This document shows, piece after piece, positions 5,203-14,900 of a stretch of DNA of 27,061 bases. The stretch covers positions 1-27,061 of IMG/VR virus record IMGVR_UViG_3300032266_001097. One strand, given 5' to 3'. The DNA is from a virus. Its lineage: Duplodnaviria; Caudoviricetes. The notes below the pieces were generated by a model. The model was not told the DNA's origin. It worked only from the letters and a program-made list of their open reading frames with translations, and did not search any database. Numbering within the stretch: position 1 is the first letter of the stretch; each line of letters opens with the position of its first letter. Both the position numbers and the translations under genes were made by a program.

Positions 5203-5940
5203 ATGATCATCAGTCAGTCGGCCGAACTCGACCAGCTCGCCACCGCGCTCGCGAAGGCCCAGGGGGCTATCCGCGGCGCCGTGAAGGATAGCACGAACCC
5301 CGCCTTCCGTTCCTCGTACGCGAACCTCGCGAGCGTCTGGGAGGCGTGCCGCGACCAGCTCAGCGCCAACGGGCTATCGGTGTCTCAGCACGTTGGCCGG
5401 CTCGAGGACGGCAGCGCCAGCGTGACGACGCTTCTCCTGCACGCATCTGGTCAGCACATCGCGAGCATGGTGAGCGCCACGCCGAAGGACCAGAGCTCCG
5501 CGGCGGTCGGTAGCGTGCTCACGTACCTCCGACGGTATGCGCTCTCGGCAGCGGTCGGGATCGCACCCATTGAGGACGACGATGACGGGCAGGCCGCAGG
5601 AACGCCCCCAGCCCGCGCGCAAGGCATGCGGCCACCCGAACCTAGCCCCGCCCTTCAGCGCACGGCACAGCGCGTTGTAGAGGCCTTCCCGGGGGCCTCC
5701 GTGGAAGGCATCGAGCGTACGCCCGCACCCGCCTCGTCGTCGGCGCCCGCGTGTCCCAAGTGCGGAGGTTCGATGTGGGACAACCGCGGCAAGAAGGCCG
5801 AAGGCAAGCTGAACCCGAAGGCCCCGGATTGGGGTTGCAAGGATCGCGCGAAGTGTGACGGTGCCGTATGGGGATCGGGGAAGCCGAAGGCCCCGAAGGT
5901 CGAAGAGAATGAGCCCCCGCCCGACGGGTTCCCCTTCTAA
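5203..5940 (+). CDS. erf: ERF-family single-strand annealing protein with C-terminal Zn ribbon
   Basis: LATALAKAQ...KDSTNPAFRSSYANL...GSVLTYLRRYALSAAVGIAPIEDDDDG is the ERF signature; CPKC...CKDRAKC ribbon; GGGAG RBS before ATG 5203. Confidence 0.93.
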   Translation: MIISQSAELDQLATALAKAQGAIRGAVKDSTNPAFRSSYANLASVWEACRDQLSANGLSVSQHVGRLEDGSASVTTLLLHASGQHIASMVSATPKDQSSAAVGSVLTYLRRYALSAAVGIAPIEDDDDGQAAGTPPARAQGMRPPEPSPALQRTAQRVVEAFPGASVEGIERTPAPASSSAPACPKCGGSMWDNRGKKAEGKLNPKAPDWGCKDRAKCDGAVWGSGKPKAPKVEENEPPPDGFPF

Positions 5941-6278
5941 TGCCCCCGGCGAACTTCTGTGTGCATTGCACGGACTACCATCTGCCTAGCCCGTGTACGG
6001 ACTTCCCATGGGCCAGCCTCGGAGAGGACATCGTCAAGCGCCCAGGCTTCCGATGGGTACGAGGGATGACCGTGCGCTCCGCTGGCGCAGAATGGATGTG
6101 CTACGGCAGCGGGCCGAATGGCCATCCGTCCCTTCAGTATCGAGGACTCCCCGCCCAGCATCCTAAGACGACCTCGGTGGCCTGGGTATTCTGCCGTCCC
6201 ATTCCCGATCTCACGGACGAGGCTACCCGTCTGGTCCTCGTGTCGCTGGGATGCTGCACGATGTCGGAGCTACCATGA
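5940..6278 (+). CDS. Hypothetical protein (FRWVRGM / PDLTDEAT type; N-terminal CxxC-H-C)
   Basis: TAATG overlap with erf; motif similarity to 1985-2344. Confidence 0.65.
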   Translation: MPPANFCVHCTDYHLPSPCTDFPWASLGEDIVKRPGFRWVRGMTVRSAGAEWMCYGSGPNGHPSLQYRGLPAQHPKTTSVAWVFCRPIPDLTDEATRLVLVSLGCCTMSELP

Positions 6279-6520
6279 ACTGCCCGAAGTGTAGTGCTAC
6301 GACGCGCATCGTGGAGACGCGGAGCGAGAGGTCCAGAGGCCGCCACCGGTGTCTGAAGGAAGCCGCACGGCTCATGTCCTGGTACACGGGCGAGTTCGTA
6401 GCGCGGCGTCGCGTATGCCCCAGCTGCAAGCACCAAACCGTGACCGTTGAGGCTCACGCGCACGACCTACAGACCATCATCGAGGGGAACCCGGATGCAT
6501 CCGTACAACGTCATTCGTGA
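6275..6520 (+). CDS. NrdR-like Zn-ribbon protein (no ATP cone)
   Basis: MNCPKC...TRIVETR...ARRRVCPSCKHQTVTVE matches the NrdR N-terminal ribbon pattern; ATGA overlap and GGAG RBS. Confidence 0.75.
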   Translation: MNCPKCSATTRIVETRSERSRGRHRCLKEAARLMSWYTGEFVARRRVCPSCKHQTVTVEAHAHDLQTIIEGNPDASVQRHS

Positions 6521-6809
6521 ACGGCTCGCGGAGCTGGCCCACGACTTCGAGGCGGAAGGCCGCGCGTCGAATGCCGCGGGGGTGCGAACCGCGCTCGGCA
6601 TCGTGGAGGACCTCGAGGAGCTTCACGCGATGGAGCTAGACGCGCTTCGCTCGACGGTACGCGCGGATCATCAGTCGGAGCGTCCTGCTCACGACATGCG
6701 ACATCGCGTAGCTCAGATGATGGACCGCGCCCAGATGGCCTCCATCGCGGCCTCTTGCGGCTGGTGCGGGCTCGTGAACGACCATGCCCCAACCTGCCGT
6801 ATCCGCTAA
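6495..6809 (+). CDS. Hypothetical helical protein with C-terminal CxxC-x5-H-x3-C
   Basis: GAGGGG RBS before ATG 6495; ends CGWCGLVNDHAPTCRIR. Confidence 0.65.
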   Translation: MHPYNVIRERLAELAHDFEAEGRASNAAGVRTALGIVEDLEELHAMELDALRSTVRADHQSERPAHDMRHRVAQMMDRAQMASIAASCGWCGLVNDHAPTCRIR

Positions 6810-7150
6810 GCGGGATGGCGGGTCGAGAGCATGAACTCGATAGTTACATTGGCGTCGGCGGGCGAGTAGATGAAGAGCTTGGTTACTGAAGTGAGTCCAT
6901 TCGCGCCGTTTCCATCGAGCGGGTAGCTCCAGTAGTTATCGATAGTCCAGCCCTCCGTCGGAGCCGCGGCGCCGTCGGTGAGGGTCTGATCGAAGCTCAG
7001 CCGGCAGATCTTCGATGCCTTGTCCCGGTTGTGGACGTTGAGGTTCACGGCGTAGGTTGTCGGGAGGTTGACCTGGGTCACAACCCCAGCGGTCACCATC
7101 AGATGGGAACCGGTCCACGGAAGAGACGTCGGGTTGATCGTATAGGCCAT
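6806..7150 (-). CDS. Hypothetical beta-rich protein (possible virion component)
   Basis: AGGAGGA RBS; last gene of the late operon. Confidence 0.7.
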   Translation of the reverse strand: MAYTINPTSLPWTGSHLMVTAGVVTQVNLPTTYAVNLNVHNRDKASKICRLSFDQTLTDGAAAPTEGWTIDNYWSYPLDGNGANGLTSVTKLFIYSPADANVTIEFMLSTRHPA

Positions 7151-7158
7151 CTGTCCTC

Positions 7159-7344
7159 CTAGTCGATGATGTCGCGCGATGCGTGGGCGATAAGGCTGCT
7201 AGCGCGGTGGATCAGCTCGCGAACCTCGCCCGCGTCAATGCGCTTGCGGCCCGTAGCATCGACCTTGACCGCACGCGCGATGAACTCCGCGAGCTGCTCG
7301 GCCTCCACAGCGAGCGATAGGACTTCCATGGGATCGAGGGGCAT
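7159..7344 (-). CDS. Hypothetical protein (61 aa)
   Basis: GAGG RBS; directly follows the endolysin. Confidence 0.65.
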   Translation of the reverse strand: MPLDPMEVLSLAVEAEQLAEFIARAVKVDATGRKRIDAGEVRELIHRASSLIAHASRDIID

Positions 7345-7794
7345 TCAGTACCTCTTGGGCGAGTAGCTTTTACCGTCGAAGGTCAGGCTCTCCCGACACT
7401 TTGCGTCGGGTCGATATGGCTCTCCGAGACTCAGGTGCACCCACGCGCTCCCCGCTGGCTTCTCAAGGATGCATTGACCGAAGCGCAGTCCGCTCTCCAC
7501 CACGATCCATCGGTGGAGTTCATCCACGGTCGTGGAGGCACATACGATGTCCGCAGCTTCGCCCTTGGAATGCTGCGAACTGGTCGATCCACCAACGGCA
7601 GCGTTTACCGCGGGTCCACGAAATCCCGAGTTGATGCGGACCGGTCCGAACTTCGCCCGGACGACCTCGAGCATCCGCGCCAGCTCGGTGAGACGCGGGA
7701 TGTACGGCTCGGCCTCGCGGCGGTTGGCATCCTGGAGGGCGCTCTGTCCCGTGCGGGTGAGCTCCTCGAACGAGAAATGCTCAGTTAGCGTCAT
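7345..7794 (-). CDS. Endolysin, peptidase M15A family
   Basis: LTEHFSFEEL...INSGFRGPAVNAAVGGSTSSQHSKGEAADI...WVHLS carries the H-x6-D...H zinc ligands of M15A; start ATG 7794. Confidence 0.92.
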   Translation of the reverse strand: MTLTEHFSFEELTRTGQSALQDANRREAEPYIPRLTELARMLEVVRAKFGPVRINSGFRGPAVNAAVGGSTSSQHSKGEAADIVCASTTVDELHRWIVVESGLRFGQCILEKPAGSAWVHLSLGEPYRPDAKCRESLTFDGKSYSPKRY

Positions 7795-8206
7795 TGGAGG
7801 CTCCGTTAGACCGCGTCCCAAAGAAGTAGGCGAACACCATCAGGCACGTATCCTTCACGAAGCCGACGATAGCTGCGCGCTCGCCAGCTCGCAGGAGGAG
7901 CACATCCGGGCCGGCGATCAACAGGTCGCAGAGGTAGACGGCCACCAAGAAGGCAACCATCGCCGTTGCGAAGAAGGTGAGGGCCTCGATCATGGACTTC
8001 GCACGCGAGAAGATGCGCGCCACGAGGAGCTGAACGACGACGAAGACGCCAAGGCCGAAGGCGATAGCGGTAATGGTACCGCCCTGCGTGTCGTACAAGG
8101 AAGAGAACGCCTTGACAGCAGGCGCGTCCGTGGCGGCGAGCCCCTCGAGCGGCACGGCGTCGTCGCTGACGCGTTCTACGACATCGAGCCCGCTATCGGC
8201 GTCCAT
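7781..8206 (-). CDS. Holin-like 3-TM membrane protein
   Basis: Three hydrophobic segments, C-terminal VFAYFFGT, immediately upstream of the endolysin. Confidence 0.65.
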   Translation of the reverse strand: MDADSGLDVVERVSDDAVPLEGLAATDAPAVKAFSSLYDTQGGTITAIAFGLGVFVVVQLLVARIFSRAKSMIEALTFFATAMVAFLVAVYLCDLLIAGPDVLLLRAGERAAIVGFVKDTCLMVFAYFFGTRSNGASNDAN

Positions 8207-8505
8207 TAGCGACCGCGCTGGATGGCATCGACATCCGCCCGCAGCGTGTTGACTTCGCGACGGAGCGATACCATTTCTGCGGCGTATTGGGCCTGCACGC
8301 GGGCCATACCCTCCGCGGTGCCCTCGATACGCTGAAGGCTCGCGCGGATCTCGCTCATTTCAGCCGGGACAGATGTGGCGTCTGCCTTCGGGATGCCAGC
8401 GACGGCAGCGCCACCGCCACCAACGATAGCCGCACCGATGGCCAGAAGAGCCCAGACGGGGACTTGCACTAGGCGCTGTGTCCAGGTCGTAGGTTCAGTC
8501 CCCAT
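8206..8505 (-). CDS. Membrane-anchored coiled-coil protein (lysis region)
   Basis: N-terminal TM VPVWALLAIGAAIVG followed by a heptad-like helix; GAGGA RBS. Confidence 0.7.
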   Translation of the reverse strand: MGTEPTTWTQRLVQVPVWALLAIGAAIVGGGGAAVAGIPKADATSVPAEMSEIRASLQRIEGTAEGMARVQAQYAAEMVSLRREVNTLRADVDAIQRGR

Positions 8506-8528
8506 TACATCCTCGGTCTATGCGCCCG

Positions 8529-8723
8529 CTATCCGACTAGTCGGCACCTAGCGACCACAACGGCATGCTCGTCGCGAAGCGTCACGAGGTCCTCGTCCAC
8601 GAGCGCCACGATTACATGCGGGTACGTCGGCAGCACCGTCACCCCGCACCACATCGGAACCTCTGCGAGGACGACGCCATCCGACGCTTGCACATAGCTT
8701 TCGATCTGTTCCAGATAAGTCAT
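8529..8723 (-). CDS. Hypothetical protein (64 aa)
   Basis: GAGG RBS; sits in the operon between tail and lysis genes. Confidence 0.6.
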   Translation of the reverse strand: MTYLEQIESYVQASDGVVLAEVPMWCGVTVLPTYPHVIVALVDEDLVTLRDEHAVVVARCRLVG

Positions 8724-8730
8724 CGCCGCC

Positions 8731-9711
8731 TCAGTACCGGAAGAGGATGGTATCGTTGCTGGTGGAAACGTTATTGCTCCACGCGTAGCCCTTGATGGTG
8801 CCGATGACCTGCCCGTTCAGCAACGGGCGGACCATATGCACCTCACGGATACGGCCTCCCCACGAGAGCGAGCCGCCACAGTACAGCGGAACCCCGGGGT
8901 ACTTCCCACTGTTGGTCGTGAACTCTTGGACCGTAGGCGTGAACGTATAGTTCGCCATACGTCGCACGGTATCGACAGCATTCAACCCGGGTCGCCACAG
9001 GTAGAAATGGTTATTTCCTGCCGACGTCGCGTGATTGAACACGGTTCCCGTGGAGTTATTGGCCAGCATCGTCGTTGCCATGACGGAAGCGCCCACCGTC
9101 CACACGCCGTATCGAATGCCATCCGTCTCAGCGTCAACCGCGTCGGATGTCTCTGGGTCGCATAGTCCGCCCGCTCCACATCCATAGATTGATGCGCCCG
9201 ATGCGCTGATCAGCTGAAACTCGATGGTGTCTTGGCTTTCGATGATGCTGACCTGAATGGGCGTCGTGAGCGTCGTCGTGGCCGGTCCCATCCTGGTGTA
9301 CCCGGTGAACCGCGCGTTCGTGAACGGCGTGGCGCTGTTCCAGGTGGTGAACGCACCTGCGCTGAGCTGGTGGCCGATGCTGAGCCCGCTCGATGGGAAG
9401 GTATCCGGGCTGAGCATGGTAGCCGCCGGCGTCGGCGCCGCCGACCGTCCAGCGATGATGACCCGCTGGTCCATCGTTCCGCCGGGAGGTTTCGCCCAAA
9501 TCGCCTCGGTCGTGCCTGCCGTCGGCTGGATACGGGACCATGTCCATCCGGTCGCGCCAGACCCTGAGAAGGCCCGCGAGGAACCGTCCGCATACGTGAT
9601 GACCGTACTTTGGTCAACGGCGGCCCAGATGGCATCCAGCACATTATTGATCGCCGTGCCCGACGACGTCGTCGTAGCCAGTTTGCGGTGCGTCAGCGCG
9701 GTGAGGCTCAT
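8731..9711 (-). CDS. Putative virion / receptor-binding protein (Thr/Ser/Gly-rich, beta)
   Basis: Follows the fibre gene with an ATGA overlap; composition typical of tail appendages. Confidence 0.7.
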   Translation of the reverse strand: MSLTALTHRKLATTTSSGTAINNVLDAIWAAVDQSTVITYADGSSRAFSGSGATGWTWSRIQPTAGTTEAIWAKPPGGTMDQRVIIAGRSAAPTPAATMLSPDTFPSSGLSIGHQLSAGAFTTWNSATPFTNARFTGYTRMGPATTTLTTPIQVSIIESQDTIEFQLISASGASIYGCGAGGLCDPETSDAVDAETDGIRYGVWTVGASVMATTMLANNSTGTVFNHATSAGNNHFYLWRPGLNAVDTVRRMANYTFTPTVQEFTTNSGKYPGVPLYCGGSLSWGGRIREVHMVRPLLNGQVIGTIKGYAWSNNVSTSNDTILFRY

Positions 9712-10373
9712 ACGATGGTCCCCGAGTAGATGGTCACGATGGGCATCGGGACGAATACCCCGTCCTCACCCGTCTCATTCGCAAATACCGCAAGGCCCAG
9801 CACGACGGGGACCCATTGGAGAGTTCCGCCTCGACGCACCAGATACGTCTCGTCGGTCGTTGCTTGGTACAGCACGGGCGTCGATGCGCTGCCATTCCAT
9901 CCAGCCACCGACGTCGTGCTACCGGTGTGTCCGGAAGCCGTCCATGCCAGTGTGGAGAGCGTAGAGTGCGCTGAGACAGCCGGCGTGCCGTGCGTGTGGT
10001 CCTGCCGTGCATAGTTGGTGGACGTCCCGACGACCGAAGACTGCCCGAATGACGTCTCAGCTACGACCGATGTCGCAGCTGTGGGGACTGTGGGGACCGT
10101 AGCGGCGATGGTGACCGTGCTACCTGCGCCACCGTCCGTGATCGTGATGTTGGCGCCAGCCGTGAGCACGCGCTCATCGGTCAGCGTCCCATTGGGGCCG
10201 AGCACGACGTAGCTTGCATTCGTGGGAGCTCCGCCTCCACCTCCGGATGCTGATATGGTCACCTGGAGGGCGTCTCCGACGTCGGCCTCCGTGATCGTCA
10301 CGTTCGTACCGGCCACGAGCGTAGCCACGCGCTTCGAGCTTGAACTGTTGCGATGGATCGGGATGCGGCTCAT
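9708..10373 (-). CDS. Tail fibre-like protein
   Basis: Repeated LxAGxNxTIT units and GTSTNYARQDHTH (HxH fibre motif). Confidence 0.72.
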   Translation of the reverse strand: MSRIPIHRNSSSSKRVATLVAGTNVTITEADVGDALQVTISASGGGGGAPTNASYVVLGPNGTLTDERVLTAGANITITDGGAGSTVTIAATVPTVPTAATSVVAETSFGQSSVVGTSTNYARQDHTHGTPAVSAHSTLSTLAWTASGHTGSTTSVAGWNGSASTPVLYQATTDETYLVRRGGTLQWVPVVLGLAVFANETGEDGVFVPMPIVTIYSGTIV

Positions 10374-11980
10374 GCAGTCTCCTGTACCCGGAGAGTGTAC
10401 CGCACGGACCCATCATCGTCCCACGCTCGCTCCTGCACGAGGCATAGCTTCGACGTCCACGCAAGCGAGGAGTCGGTCACGGTGACGTAGTCTCCGGGCT
10501 CGATCCATGCCCACCGTTGCGCGCACGCGTACTGGACCGTGCGAGAGGGGAGCGCCCATCGCCTCGAGCGCCACGCTAGAACGCGCTCTGCGGTCAGCTT
10601 GTCCGAGATGACGGCAGACTCCATGGTTACGCGTCGTGCGCCATATCGTGCGACGGACCGTGCGAGGATCGGGTCTTGCCACCGGGACCGCGCGAGGTTC
10701 AAGAAGTTTCCGCCACCGGGACGCTGGTCGTCACCGACGGCCCAGATCTCCGAGGCGTAGGCCTCCGTCGCTGGGTTCCATCCGTACCGCAGCACGACGA
10801 CATTCTCGACCTTGTCGCCATCCTCATATGTCACGAGGTCGAGGCGCTCGACATCGAGGACCTCGTCAGCGTTCAGCTCGGCTACCGCGTCCTCGGAGGT
10901 CGCATCCCAGCGCCATACGAGCGGGTAAATACCGCGAGGACCCGTCATGATGGAGATCGGTAGGACATCGAGCATCGTCTCGCGGATGTAGTCCGCGATG
11001 CTCACGCCATCGTCTACATATGCGCCCACCTGAAACGCTCGTAGCTGTTGCCGTGCGACGTTCACGCGTCCCTGGTCGATCTCCGAGGAGCTCAAGCGAA
11101 GTAGCCACGCGAGGAAGTCGCCAGCCGTGAGCATCGTACCCACGACCTCGTCAATGTAGCCGCCACCGTTGTCCCAGGTCACGACAGGGGCAAGCGTTGA
11201 GGTGAACGTCGATGTGGAAGTGTCTTCCAGCGCCAGCGCGATCACCGTTCCGCCCACCTCAAGATTCAATACGGGCATGATCGTCGTAGTCGCATCGCCC
11301 GTATTGGTCATGGTCACGGTGGCAGCCGTTACCGCGTGCCCGGCGAGGACGTATGCGTGCCATGGTGTACCTGCACCTGTAACCATCGTCGCGACGTAGG
11401 GCGCCGTCGACCCCGGGGTAACGCCCGCACCAGGAACGCCGAAGATATACGACGACGTCACATCACGCGCTACCCCAGATGCATAGACGCCCGTCGCGAC
11501 GAGCGATGCCACGACATCGTCACCCTTGACGGCCACCGGTTCGATCATCTGATCGCTGCTTAGGAGGTCCTGCTCGACAGATGCGCGGACGCCTTCGCCC
11601 GCGCCGCCGTATTGGGGTTCCACGAGACGCCCGACCACAAAGGGTCGACGCGCGTCCCAGGTGTCACCGTCTGCGAGCTGGGCGAGCTCGGCAACGGCCC
11701 CCGCGAGGTCGTACCCCTGCTCGACCAGGAGCGCGACGTCTAGACCCGTCTCAAAGGTCACGCCGACGCTGCGACGAGGCGCCTCGGTAGCCCAGAGGTC
11801 GATAGCCTCCGTCGTGTCGGACACCTCGAGGAGGCCATCGGTGATCACGATCAGGCCACCATCCCCATCGTCAACCGTAGACGGCGTCGAGCTCATGTAG
11901 AAGGTTCCGCCAGCGTAATGCAACGACAGGACCCAGCGGATCGGGTTGGCAAGCTGGGCGGTCGTCCACCGGTCGGTCAC
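10370..11980 (-). CDS. Tail tip / baseplate hub protein
   Basis: Second gene after the tape measure; C-terminal SVARYG...IEPGDYVTVTD pattern typical of hub proteins. Confidence 0.72.
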   Translation of the reverse strand: MTDRWTTAQLANPIRWVLSLHYAGGTFYMSSTPSTVDDGDGGLIVITDGLLEVSDTTEAIDLWATEAPRRSVGVTFETGLDVALLVEQGYDLAGAVAELAQLADGDTWDARRPFVVGRLVEPQYGGAGEGVRASVEQDLLSSDQMIEPVAVKGDDVVASLVATGVYASGVARDVTSSYIFGVPGAGVTPGSTAPYVATMVTGAGTPWHAYVLAGHAVTAATVTMTNTGDATTTIMPVLNLEVGGTVIALALEDTSTSTFTSTLAPVVTWDNGGGYIDEVVGTMLTAGDFLAWLLRLSSSEIDQGRVNVARQQLRAFQVGAYVDDGVSIADYIRETMLDVLPISIMTGPRGIYPLVWRWDATSEDAVAELNADEVLDVERLDLVTYEDGDKVENVVVLRYGWNPATEAYASEIWAVGDDQRPGGGNFLNLARSRWQDPILARSVARYGARRVTMESAVISDKLTAERVLAWRSRRWALPSRTVQYACAQRWAWIEPGDYVTVTDSSLAWTSKLCLVQERAWDDDGSVRYTLRVQETA

Positions 11981-14900
11981 AGCTCCTCCTCGAGGCGGAC
12001 GTTGGACGTCCGGACTACCTCTCCCTCGAACTTACCGCCCCATTCTCGTCCCTGTACCGTCTCGATGGACACATCCGACATCACGCGACCGTACAGCATG
12101 AGGTCCCGATGTACGACCATCTGCGTCGTATTCAGCGCAACGCGCGGCAGGTGGGCCACGTACACCACAGGCGAGGCCGACCCGTTCAGATGGTCCACGA
12201 TCCCGCGCATGAGGTACGGACCGTCCCGGTACGCGGCTACGGCCTCCGGGGAGCCGGTGGACGACCCGACGACGTAGTCCGGTTGCGCTGCCGAGGTGTC
12301 TTCACCGAACTCCGAGCTATCCACGCCGTCCGACCAGCCGAACTCTACCGCCCTGCGCGTGGGTCCATTGACGTATGCGGTCCTCGTGCCACCGGCCCCC
12401 GTCTGGAGGCTGACGTTGGCCTCTGCCGTCAGGTTGCGACCCCACGAGTAACGGCGCCCGAATACGGCCAGATGCCCCAGGCGGATCACGCCTGCCTCGT
12501 AGTAGGCCTCTGCCACGGGCTGTACCGGAATGGTAAGCCTAAAGGCGCTGTACGACGGGTCGTTATTCCATACGAGAAGGCCGCGAGAGCTCAACACGGC
12601 TCCGTCCGTACCATTCGCCCCCACCGTGGAGACGTCGCCGTATACCGTCAAGCGGGCGTGCTTGGTGGGTTGATGTGTCCAGGCGCCCTCGGTCTGGTAT
12701 TGGATGGTCCGCACGGGACCCGCTGCCGTGTCGAAGGCGAACCGCTCAGCGTTGAGCGTAGCGTGCGGATACCAATAGGATCCCGCCGCGCCGGCGGTCG
12801 TTGCTGGGGTGACGACCGTCGATGCACGGTTCCACCTAAGTGCCGACTGCCCATAGCTGCCATCCCACGTGCCGATAGCTACCCATGCGCCAGCACCATT
12901 ACGTCCCTCGAGCGTAGCCGTGCGGAAGTTCGCGCCACCGATGTACAGCGCGCCCATGGGTCCCATCAGCGGGGACACGCTGGCCACGGTCGTGTTCGTC
13001 TCCCAGATGAAGATCTGTGCGGTGCTCGTGTCCTTCGAGCGCCAGGACACGCGAGGACTTGGAGACGTCAGCGCATCGACTCCGTGCGCCCATCTAGCTG
13101 CGATCTTCCACGCATCATCCAGCGCAGCCGGGCCTCCGACTGCACGTAGACGTAGGCCCTGCGAGAGCGTCAGCGGGTAGGCGCTGATGTTCCGACCGGC
13201 GAGCTGCGACGGGATCGTGAGGTTGTGCGAGTTGCTAAGCGACCCGTTCGCCTGCCACGCGACGAAGCGCCAGTCACTCGTGCCCTGCCCGTACTGACCG
13301 ATGCGGACCGACTGTGCGGCAGCGGTCACGCTGGCGTTCGTCATCCCCTGGTTCGATACGATACGGACGTACTCCCGGGAGGTCTGCCAAGGCCCGGCCG
13401 TCTCGTTCCACCATACGGTACCCTTTGCCGATGCTCCGCTATTGGTCAAGAACGCTCGGATCTGGCAGAAGCCCGGCGTAGCGGGTCGTGCCTGCGTCGT
13501 GATCGTGGCGCCCGATACGTCATCAATGACGACGACCGTCGTGGAGGTGACGCGAACACGGAGCCGGTACGTGTTGGTTCCGTCCGAGCTGCTCAGGAGC
13601 GTCTCGGTATTGGTATTCGACGTGCACGAGACTTCCCAAGTAGAGAATACCTGGTGCGACGTCGTGATGGCGGTCGCACGCACGTTCGTGTAGGTCAGGA
13701 CCTCCGCGAGGCCCGCCACGATCTGCATCGTACCACCGGTCAACGTGGCCGTGGGAGCCCCGATGGTAGTCGAGGTCCATCCCGTCACGGTCGGCAGCCA
13801 GTACGGAACCCACGTGCGAAGGCTTCCAGAGCTGTAGTCACCTCCTGCCTGCACAGCAGGGAGCATCGGCAACGTCGCCGCGGTGTAGCCGGAGAGCGCG
13901 GTTACGCCGAGCTGCGCGTCGTAGGTCGTCGTGGAGTCAACGGTCGAGACGACGTACAGCGTACCGGCGTACCAAGCGACCGCTAGCGACTCGGTACGCT
14001 CACCGTTCCAGTTGAAACATGCGGACGACATCGGAACCGATGCGCTGCCGAGTGCAGTCCACGTGCTACCCGTCGAGGAGCGCGCCGCTTGGAGTTGCGT
14101 GCTGCCGTTATTCGCGAGCGCGTAGATCTGGCCGTCATCGTCTACCGATGCGGCAAGCTCGGTATCCGCCGCGAGTTGATTACCGACGCTGAGAGACGAG
14201 GCAGGAGAGGAGATCGGGACGGCCGTCGGATCCGTGTCGGACCATTGCGACCAAGCGGACCCGAGGCGCTTGGAGAGCACGGCGCTGTTCGCGCCCCATT
14301 GTGCCCGGCTCGACCCGCAGTAGACAACGCCGAAGCCGACGCCAGAGATCGCATAGACGTCGTGCGCTCCACCGGTGTGGACCGAGTTCGCATCCGTCGT
14401 ATCGACGGCCTCCACGCGGGCGAACGACATGCCGTTGTCGGAACTCGCGTACTGCCAAAGCGTATCGGGCACGACAGCGCCACCGACACGCACGGCGAGC
14501 ATGAGGAGCACCTGACCGCCCTGGTACGCGGCCCGGAGGCGCTTCACCGTGTACGCCGTTGTATCGATATACGCGTCGAGCGCCGCCGTAGACTGAAGCG
14601 CCCACGATGCGCCATCGTCGGTGCTCATGTACACGCGAACCTGTAGGCCCGTGCTCGCGAGGTCGTCGTAGCTCACGAGGAGCACGACCGAACCATCGGG
14701 TAGCTCAAACATGGATGTGTGTAGCGGCTGCCCGGTCGTGCTGTTCGTGACGACCGTCGTCGTGCTCGTTGCACCGGCGGACGTCCTACGGTGCACGACG
14801 AGAGACTGAAGCACGCCGAGGCCCGCGCTACCGATGGCCTGCGTGCTCACGAGCTGCGTCCCCTTGCTCGTGAACATGACGTAGGGGAGGCTGTACCAGG

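Noticed and set aside
8206-8505. Inner-membrane spanin call
   Set aside because: TM plus coiled coil fits, but I found no overlapping or adjacent lipoprotein with a lipobox, so it is left unassigned.
12109-13149. Long plus-strand ORFs opposite structural genes (e.g. 12109-13149, 13225-13986, 18454-19188, 1161-1892)
   Set aside because: Arg/Pro/Gly-rich antisense shadows typical of high-GC coding DNA, with no RBS or motifs.
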